Positions 56,081-64,000 of a DNA stretch of 64,000 bases are shown piece by piece. The translations under genes were made by a program, and so were the position numbers. Below the pieces are notes generated by a model. It was not told where the DNA came from, searched no databases, and was given only the letters and a program-made list of their open reading frames with translations. Location: positions 1 through 64,000 of the forward strand of contig BAAIJX010000017.1 of the NCBI GenBank assembly GCA_054600435.1. The letters are read 5' to 3'. The DNA comes from Neophaeotheca triangularis (taxonomy: Eukaryota). The stretch's first letter is position 1; each line of letters begins with the position of its first letter.

Positions 56081-59000
56081 CTAACAGGCCTTCAAATAGT
56101 TACTCGGCACCAATCCGCACCCAGCATTGCCCTTACCCACAACCTCCGCCTCCCACCACCCATCATCCTGCAACCTCAGCACAGCCAGGATATCGCCCTT
56201 GGCGAAAGACAATTCCTCCGGGATAGCGGCGGTGTACAGATACATGGCGCGAGCTGTAGAGACACAGAAAACGTTAGCTGGAATTCATTTCATTTCGATT
56301 TTATCCGGGGGAAAGGGTAAGGTAGGGGGACGAAAACTCACCATAATGCAAAATCGGCCGCCCGTCTTTAGTGAATTGCCTGTGACCTGCTTGGCTCTGG
56401 CTGCGGACTCTGCTGCCGCCACCACCACCACCTGCTGCACCACCTGAGTACGCGTCGCCGCCGCCGCTTCCGCCGTAGTATGAGCTTTGCGGCCGTCTTT
56501 GCTGGGGGATTGCGACGTCGCTGGGGGCAAGCTGCAGTGCCATGCCCTGGGCTTGGGCGTGCATGCCGTTTTCGGAGCCGCGGCTGCTGGGCGGACGGCT
56601 GCTGCCGGCGCTGACGGCGCTGCCGTTATAGTTTGCTGCTGGATTCGGGGCGCGTTGGTAGCCAGCCCCTGGGTTGGGGGAGGCGGAGCGCGGGTTGGGC
56701 TGGTAGTTGGGCGAGTTGCCGCGGGAGGCGCCTGGGTTGTTGTATGCGGCGTAGCCTGGGTTTTGCGGTTTGATGGGGCTAGAGGACTGGGCGCGGGGGC
56801 GAGCGGGGTAGGGGTTGGGAGAGGTGGCGCGGTAGGGGTCTGGGTTTGGACTACGGGGGCGAAGAGGTGCGGGGGAGGTTGCACGGGAGGGCGGGCCGGT
56901 AGTGCGGGAGGTCTGGGGAGAGGGTCGAGTAGGGTTATTGCCGAACATGTTGCGGTTTTTGCTTATGTAGCTGTCGGTGGTTTGTTGCATTGCTTTGCTC
57001 GTGTGGGCGGGTTGTGGGGCGCCTAAGCGGCTGACGGGCTGGTCGTACGCCGGGGGTGGGGTGTTGCGGTTTTGGCTCTGCGCAAAGGGGGCGGGCACTG
57101 CGCCGGGCATGTTGCCTCTGCTATCTGGACCCGGCGAGCGAGGGGCAGGTGAGTGCATGCCGTAGTGTCGGTCTGCGGATTGACGGACTGAAGCTTGCTT
57201 GGCTACGCCTTTGAGTTCGGCCAGAGCCTTTGCGATTGGATCAGATTCTTGAGCGCCCATCTGCTGTTGTTGTTGTAGCTGCTGCTGCTGCTGTTGCTGT
57301 GATGGCAACTTGCTCCGGTGACCGGGAGATGCCACGTCGAACACATTGTTCCCGATGCCCAGTTGGTAGTCTGCACGAGGGTCGACCTCAGGGTCTGGGC
57401 TTGGAGAGGGCTGCTTCTGCCAGGTGTTTGCTCTGCTTTGGAAAGGCGGTTTGGTCGGACTGGGGTTCGCACTTTGTGAGCTGCGAGTGGCAGTCGGCAC
57501 CCAAGTGTTGCGGGCATTTGGCGTTGGCTGTGCAGGTGGACGCTCTTCCTTGGTTTTCTGGCTACGTCTGCGGAAAGGACTGTGCGATTGGAAGAAGCTG
57601 CTCTTCTTCTTCTGCAAGGTCTTGTCTTCACCGCCCGACGACATGCCAGACATTGCAGACATGCCAGAGCCGTTGTAGGGCTTAGTCGGTGAAGCGTGGC
57701 CACTAGTCGGCTCGAAGCTGGAGTACGAGGTAGGATCCGAGTAGTCGCTGTGGCTTTCGCGGCTTGGTGATCTGTTTGGCGAGGGAATTGAACTTCGGTC
57801 CGATGGTGGTGCCATGTCTGGCCTGCAGAACTGAGTCATCCCGTCGGTTGGGTAAGGATTGTGAGGAATTTGAGGTGCATCCGCGTAAGGGTCTTGCTGA
57901 GGTGCTTGCTGAGGTGCTTGCTGAGGTGCCGGTTGAGGGGCGGCCTGGGGTGCCGGCTGACGAGGGTGCGACGCCAGTGGAGCAGGCGCTGCACTTCCTT
58001 GGGACCGACGAGGGTCGAAATGGGACATGCCGCTGCCCTGTGAAGCCCTAGGGTTGAAAGAGCTACTGTTTTGTGAGGCGCGCGGGTCAAAAGCTTCGTC
58101 GGCCTGCATGGAAGACCGCGGTTTAGGCACGCCCAAATCTTCCCTCAGACTGCTGTCGGGATCGTTGTGGGAAGAGTACGTGCTGGGCTGTGGAGACGAC
58201 GATCTAAATGTCGGATTCATAGTCCTCGTAAATTGCGCCACAGCGTAGTTCCCGTCATCCGAGTCTTGGGTAGATCCGGAGTCCTCGACATCGCCCCTGC
58301 AGAAGTCGATGTACTTTGGTGGGTCTGGGATTTCCTGTCCAGTTCCAGAGTCCTTGATGAAGTTGGTAATGTCCTTCTCCACCTCGCAGTCCTCGAGCGA
58401 AAGACGAATCTTTTCACACGAGCCGTCGTCACTAACGCATACAGTAGATGCGATATTGGCGAAACTCCAAAGACTGCTCTTGAAGAAATCGATGCGCTCT
58501 TCTTCGAGATCCTGGAACTTGTCGCAAGCGGCCTTCCATTCGCGATTCCAGCGGCCAGTGGTCTCTTCCAAAACCTTGACGGCAGCTTCATACTCGTTGC
58601 TGGTGCTAGACATTTGAATTTGTGTCTTTTCCAGCTTCGCCTTGTTCTTGCGCTCTTCCTGTCCCATGACCATGTGACCTTGCGCCAGGTAGCCCTTGAT
58701 TTTCAGACAGTCCTGCTCGAAGCGATCTCTGCTCTTGTTGACAGCGTTGGTCTGCGCGTTTTTTGTCTTGAGTAGCTTCTCGATGCCGTTCTGTACAATC
58801 TTCCTCCGCTCTTTCATCCCACCATGGAAAGCGGTCAAAGGTTCTTCGAGCTCGCTCTTCATCTGTCCTGCAATCTGCTGGTGCGACTTGCCCATGGAGT
58901 CAACCTCGCCACGAACGACATCCAGGGACATGCGGAGAGTGCCAGCTTCCGAAGATCCCAGCGGTTTTCTTGCTAGGTTGAGCAGTTTGCGCGCATACTC

Positions 59001-59230
59001 CTCCTCAATGGCTGCGCGTGCCGAGTAGAAGCTTTTGAGTTCGTCGCCGGTGACTTTGGCATTGTGCATGCGCTCGAGAAGGGGAGACACGCCTGCATCT
59101 TCTTTGCCCCAGAAGTTATTCGCGACTGTGCGCTGGGTTAGTTTCGAGCCTCTTTTTCCGTCAATTTCTGGATCTACTTACAGGATAATGAGACCGATGG
59201 CGGCTCAGACCCAGCCACGGTTCCCGGCAT
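56081..59230 (-). CDS. F-BAR + SH3 cytokinesis/septation protein (Cdc15/Imp2/Hof1 family)
   Basis: Exons 59230-59182, 59125-56342 and 56253-56081. FCH start SFANNFWGKEDAGV, RAAIEEEYARKL; last exon is an SH3 domain ARAMYLY..EELSF..DDGWWE..GLVPSNY. Confidence 0.93.
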
Positions 59231-59725
59231 CGCGCCGCGCTCAACGAAGGTGTGCGGTGTTCTTATGCGATTTAGCTAGCGATTGCTTTCGTAAAGATAT
59301 GTCTCCTGCGGTACTCTTCGTGTAGTAATGGAGGAAAAGAGAGTATGTGGTGTAGGACGGAGGTGGTGTGGAATGTACGACGAGGTCCGTACAAGGCGCT
59401 GTAAGCTGAAGCGCTGGGCTGGGTGAAGCAACTGACGTCGGCTTCAAAACAGCGCTTGTTTGCCCGTCGCCAGGGCGACCAACGCCGCCAAGACTCTGCA
59501 TTTAGGGCGACTCCAGCTTCATTCCAAGGGCCGGAGGTAAGGTACCTACTTAACACTACCCCCGGACAACATCTTATCTAGGTCGTTAACGTTACTATAG
59601 ACTGGCGCCATATGAAAGGGACAGACAGCAGTAGCGATTGCGATCTATCTACTATTGTCAAAGGAAACAAAAACCCCCCATCCCCTCCACCAGGGGTGTC
59701 ACGACGCCCTACCTATGATCTTCCA

Positions 59726-61467
59726 TTACCTATAATCTTCTCTACCATTCTCTTCGCGCCGCTCCACTGCCTCGTTAGCGGGCATCTCATGCCTCTCCTC
59801 CACCACTTCAGGACTCTTGGCAGGGGCTCCCCTCCCCAATTCTACCTGTCCGTGTTTCGCGGGAAGCTCTTGCGCTTCATTGCCCAACGGGGCCTCTTCA
59901 GGTAGCTGTGCCATTTCGTGCCTCTGTCCATCGTCACCTAGCATGGCCGCCCTGTCGAGCCCTTCGCCGTCCTTCTCCGCCAAAACCGCTTGTGGGGACT
60001 GCGGTCGCTTTCTCTTCTGTCGACGCGGCCGCCACCAAAAGAAAAAGTACAGGGCTGCAAGCAAGGCGATGAAGCAAGCAATTCCCACGCCGAGACCTGC
60101 ACCGAGGGCAGTCGAGTTGTCGTTTGAGCTGTTGTTGGATTCGTCAGAGTCGTTGTCGGGCGAGACGCTACCACCGTCGCTATTGTCGTTATCGCTAGAC
60201 GCCCTTTCCGAGAGCAACGCTGCATCAGCGAAGTCGTTGGCGGTCCTACAGCTGTATTCTCCCCCAATTACACCGTCGGTGTATAGATTGTTGAGCCCGT
60301 CGCAGGCCATGTCGCCAGTGGAATTAAGCGTGAAAGCCCCACCGAGATAACTGAGCTCGGTAATGGACACGCTGCGCTTCGCTGTCAGTTTCAGAAATGG
60401 GGTTGGGGAGGTACTACAGGCGTGAGTTGCCAGACACTGACCTGCTGATATTCCCAGATATCTCGATGGACCCGTTGACTCTGCCGAGTGTGTAAAGCGA
60501 ATCAAGTGAAGTGAGCTTCGTGTTGTTGACGATTCTCAAGTCTCCTCCGACAGCTTGCAGGCTTGCTAAAACGAATCCCGTCAGGTTCGCATTGCCTTCG
60601 ACCATCAGATTCCCGTCGATCGTCCTCAAAGGACTGTCGAAATCGGTCATTGCGTTATGATGGAGTTCTAGTGATCCGTTCACTTGCTTGAGAGATGGCA
60701 ATACCACACCGAGGCAATTCGCGATTGTCATGTTTAGCGCTGTGTCGAGAAGGGGGAATCTGACTACAGTCTCTCCGCCTAGTGCCTCGATCACAAAATT
60801 ACCGTTCATACGAACGGCTGACAGGGAGACCTCTTGCAAGTTCAGATTATTGATGAAAAGGACCTCGTTGAGGATCAGCTGATTGGTGTTTATCACTCGT
60901 GAAACTGTACTGTTCTCGACCCTCATCGAGGTCCCCTCCGAATTGGGTAAAAGTCCATCAAAACCGGGTGGCTCCGGGGTTTCAGGATTTGCGTAGCGAA
61001 TGCCCTGGCCCACCAATTCTATGGCAGAAGCAAAGCTGAGACTCTCGAGTTCGAAATTGGACGCATTTCTTGAGGTGAAGTTGATGATCAAGCTGCCTTG
61101 GACATGGTACAAATCATTGGCTATCAATCTTAACCACGGCGTGTTTCCGACATCGACTAGTAAGCTTCCGTAGAGGTATGCCAGGCCGGTGAGATTGCGA
61201 CGGTCGCCAGCGCTAAGGTCCTCATCCGGGAATGCGAAAGCAATGTCACCCTGGAATGTTGGGCATGCGGTACCGAAGCTACTGATGCTATCGTGGTCTG
61301 TCAAAGTCGTTGTGCCCGACACGCTGCAGTCTATATCGACAGATATGATAAGGTAAGCTACCTGGATAAAGGTAATCTCCTTAGGCATAGAGGAGAAACT
61401 ACTTACTAGGCGTCGTTGTCGCAGATACGGTGGGCGTGGCACTCGATGGCGTCGTCAAGTCGGCCAT
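59726..61467 (-). CDS. Ecm33/Sps2-like L-domain cell-surface protein with one TM helix and cytoplasmic tail
   Basis: Exons 61467-61407, 61330-60442 and 60371-59726 (start uncertain). CPTFQGDI, repeated LxxVxGxLxIxNN units, GGEYSC, TM segment LGAGLGVGIACFIALLAALYFFFWW followed by RPRRQKRK. Confidence 0.75.
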
Positions 61468-63240
61468 ATCCAAACATCAATGCGCTTAGCACAAGTAGAC
61501 TGGCCGCATGTGGCCGCCTGAAGGCGTCAGGTCCTAATAATGTAAAACCAATGTCTCACGATGGTCGTTAAAGCGATGTCTGCAGGCGGTGACAGCAAGC
61601 GTTCCCTGTCAAGTGAACGAGTTGGAAAAGTCCCGCTAGAAAGGTGTGAGCGAACAAGAAAAGTATAGGCGAGGGTCACCGGTCCTTCCTGAAAAATGGT
61701 GGGTTACACGCCTATAAGTGTGAGGGGTCACCGGTCAGAATTCAAGATTAGGTACAGTTAAGACGCCACCTAGCGATCGATACCATTGGCTAGGTGATGA
61801 AGGTCAGGATTAAACGGGCGATAAAAGGTCAGATGCAGCTTTCAAAGGCTCCTCTACTTGCTCCTCCACGCTCCTCCTAGAGCTGGGCGGCAGCTTTAAC
61901 CGACAATTGATTAAGACATCGCTGCAGACGTCGTGGCATTTTGTCGCTAACCGAGCGTATATACATAATTCGAGCCTATGAACGTTGAGCTTCAATCCCC
62001 CACCACTTGTACGGAGAAGAAGAAAGCTGCATCGGTTTCACTGTTTAGCTTCTAGCATTTCTTCCACTCTCTTTCAGGCCTCCATTCAGTACTCATGACG
62101 GCCCAAAACCATAATTCACGACACATAAGACCCACGCGATAGCCACACTCCCGCCTCTCCTACTATCTTCGACCGTCTTCGGACAGATGGCAAACTACCG
62201 GGTGACGAGGCCGGCAGCGCATAACTTTATAAGTTATTCATAGCTAATCCAGTTCGACAATGACAACGACGAACATCGTAGCGAAGAAGCATGCAGACAC
62301 TTCACTAGAAGAGAAAATCCAATCGCAAATCAAGCCAAAAGGAAGAAAGCGAGAGAATTCCTCTAGGCCACATCTTAAGAGCCAAATTGACAACAGCTTC
62401 CGCCGAGGAAAAGCGTCCTCATGAAGGGGATTACCGTACTCGTCCCTACCGAACAGCATCTGAATGTCGGTGCGATCAGACGGCATACCGAAAGGGAGTT
62501 AGGATAGAAGGGATGGGATGTACGTGAGCCTTTCATACTCTCGTTCGAAGTCATATCCACCCTAGCCCTACGCGAACCTCTTTAAGCGGTAGAAGATCAA
62601 GTACATATCATTACAAAGCTTGAACATATGGAGTACCGCACCAGGTACGAATTTGAATAGCAGTCTTAGAAGTGCCATGAAGGTAGGCAAGTCGGATGTG
62701 TGCAAACCGGCGGAACAGTCACCACACATAGGCAAAGCAGTTCTAACTCCTAACAGCGAAACAACTTGCCGTCTCTTCGTCTTAATTTAGCTTGACCTTA
62801 GGTTACTCTTAGGAGGTACCTTACATGTAGTTTAGCTGTCCACGGCAGATTAGATCTATAGAAGTGCTGAATCTAATCTAGCTAGATCTAACCCCTATCT
62901 CTTAGAAAGGGCTAGTTCGGCGAGTGCCTAAGACTACTGTTTTGGGACTGAACTGACACCTTACCTAGGTGGTGGTGTGCGTGAGAGAGACTCAGCTAAC
63001 TACTACCTACTAGTAGGTATTTGCCAACGACCAGTAGTGGCCTACCTTTACCTACGACTAACACGGTACTACATAAAGCTCCAGTAAGCCCCACCGACGA
63101 TTAGTTCTAGTTGTACTATTTGATGTGTTTTTGATCTCGAACTTCATCTGGCCGTCTCTTGCAAGCGTCACATCATCTCGCCATCACCCTCCTTGCCCTC
63201 CGTATCGACCACTGCCGTATATGTAGTATAGCCCTCAATA

Positions 63241-64000
63241 ATGGCCAGCCACTCGCAACAATTTACTAGCAAAACCCGTGTCTTCATCCTCTCGGACATT
63301 TCCAACGAACCGGACGATGCCGAATCGCTCTGCAGATACCTCTTGTACTCCAACCAATTCAACACAGAAGGGTTGGTCGCCTGCACAAGCACATGGCTAC
63401 GGAACAAGGTGTTTCCCCAGGATATGGAGAAGATTATCGACGCGTATGCCGGGGCCGTGGACAATCTGAACAAACACGCTCATCCAAGCTGGCAATACCC
63501 TTCTGCGCAGCACCTCAAGAGTCTTGTCAGGAAAGGTGCAGAAACCTACGGTATGACTGCCGTGCGTGAAGACGTGCCTCTCTCTGCTGGCGGTGAGCTT
63601 CTACTCAAGCGCATCGAATCGACCGAGTCTTCATTGCCATTGTGGGTGCTATGCTGGGGCGGAACCAATACCCTAGCGCAGGTACTCCACTACATTGCTC
63701 GTAACTACAAAGCAGACGAGGCGAAAGAGCTTCGATCACGGCTCAGAGTCTACGCCATTTCCGATCAAGACGATACGGGTGTGTGGATCCGGCAGAGTTT
63801 CCCGGACATTTTTTACATTGCATCAGTGCACGGGTGGAACAGCTATGGCATGGCGGCCTGGACAGGCATCTCGGGCGAACAATACTATGGCTTCGACCAA
63901 GGTGGTCCGGATTCCACCAAGATTCAAAAGCAGTGGATCAAAGACAACATCCAAATCGGGCCACTCGGATCCGCGTATCCCGATCCCATGTTCATCCCCG
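63241..64000 (+). CDS. DUF1593 / nucleoside-hydrolase-like protein (partial, runs off the window)
   Basis: ATG at 63241; KTRVFILSDISNEPDDAESLCRYLLYSN, LWVLCWGGTNTLAQ and LRVYAISDQDDTG. No stop before the window end, so it is absent from the ORF track. Confidence 0.88.
   Translation, partial: MASHSQQFTSKTRVFILSDISNEPDDAESLCRYLLYSNQFNTEGLVACTSTWLRNKVFPQDMEKIIDAYAGAVDNLNKHAHPSWQYPSAQHLKSLVRKGAETYGMTAVREDVPLSAGGELLLKRIESTESSLPLWVLCWGGTNTLAQVLHYIARNYKADEAKELRSRLRVYAISDQDDTGVWIRQSFPDIFYIASVHGWNSYGMAAWTGISGEQYYGFDQGGPDSTKIQKQWIKDNIQIGPLGSAYPDPMFIP

Noticed and set aside
12700..64000. Functional gene cluster, tRNA/rRNA or telomerase RNA
   Set aside because: Genes are functionally unrelated, there is no backbone biosynthetic enzyme, and I saw no cloverleaf, rRNA or telomere-template sequence by eye; covariance-model searches were not possible.

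Overview
This window is the left end of a filamentous ascomycete chromosome, probably a Dothideomycete (inferred from the TTAGGG telomere, RIP-type decay, short GT-AG introns with CTAAC branch sites, and gene content). Bases 1-118 are a (CCCTAA)n telomere. Bases 119 to ~12,200 are a TpA-rich, CpA/TpG-depleted, ORF-free block of RIP-mutated transposon relics. It contains two nested 5'-LTR+gag copies of one Gypsy-like family (the outer copy is cut by the telomere), a third solo LTR, a LINE with readable APE and RT motifs, several minisatellites and a possible Helitron-like end. From 12.7 kb the window is dense with mostly conserved genes: Ish1/Msc1-like, cyclin, TMA7, HET-domain, importin-7/NMD5, SKI2, anoctamin/IST2, SEC11, RBR E3 ligase, VIP1, UTP21, HOM6, DUF4078/CCDC174-like, putative cyclase, two small hypotheticals, an F-BAR/SH3 protein, an Ecm33-like L-domain membrane protein and a partial DUF1593 gene. 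The most notable points are apparent de novo telomere healing inside a self-nested LTR element, two RIP strata (CpA, then CpG), recurrent orientation-independent C-rich to G-rich skew flips, three in-frame stop-free introns and a probable GC-AG intron. All product calls come from my own motif recognition; no database searches were run. I found no clearly novel multi-gene system.
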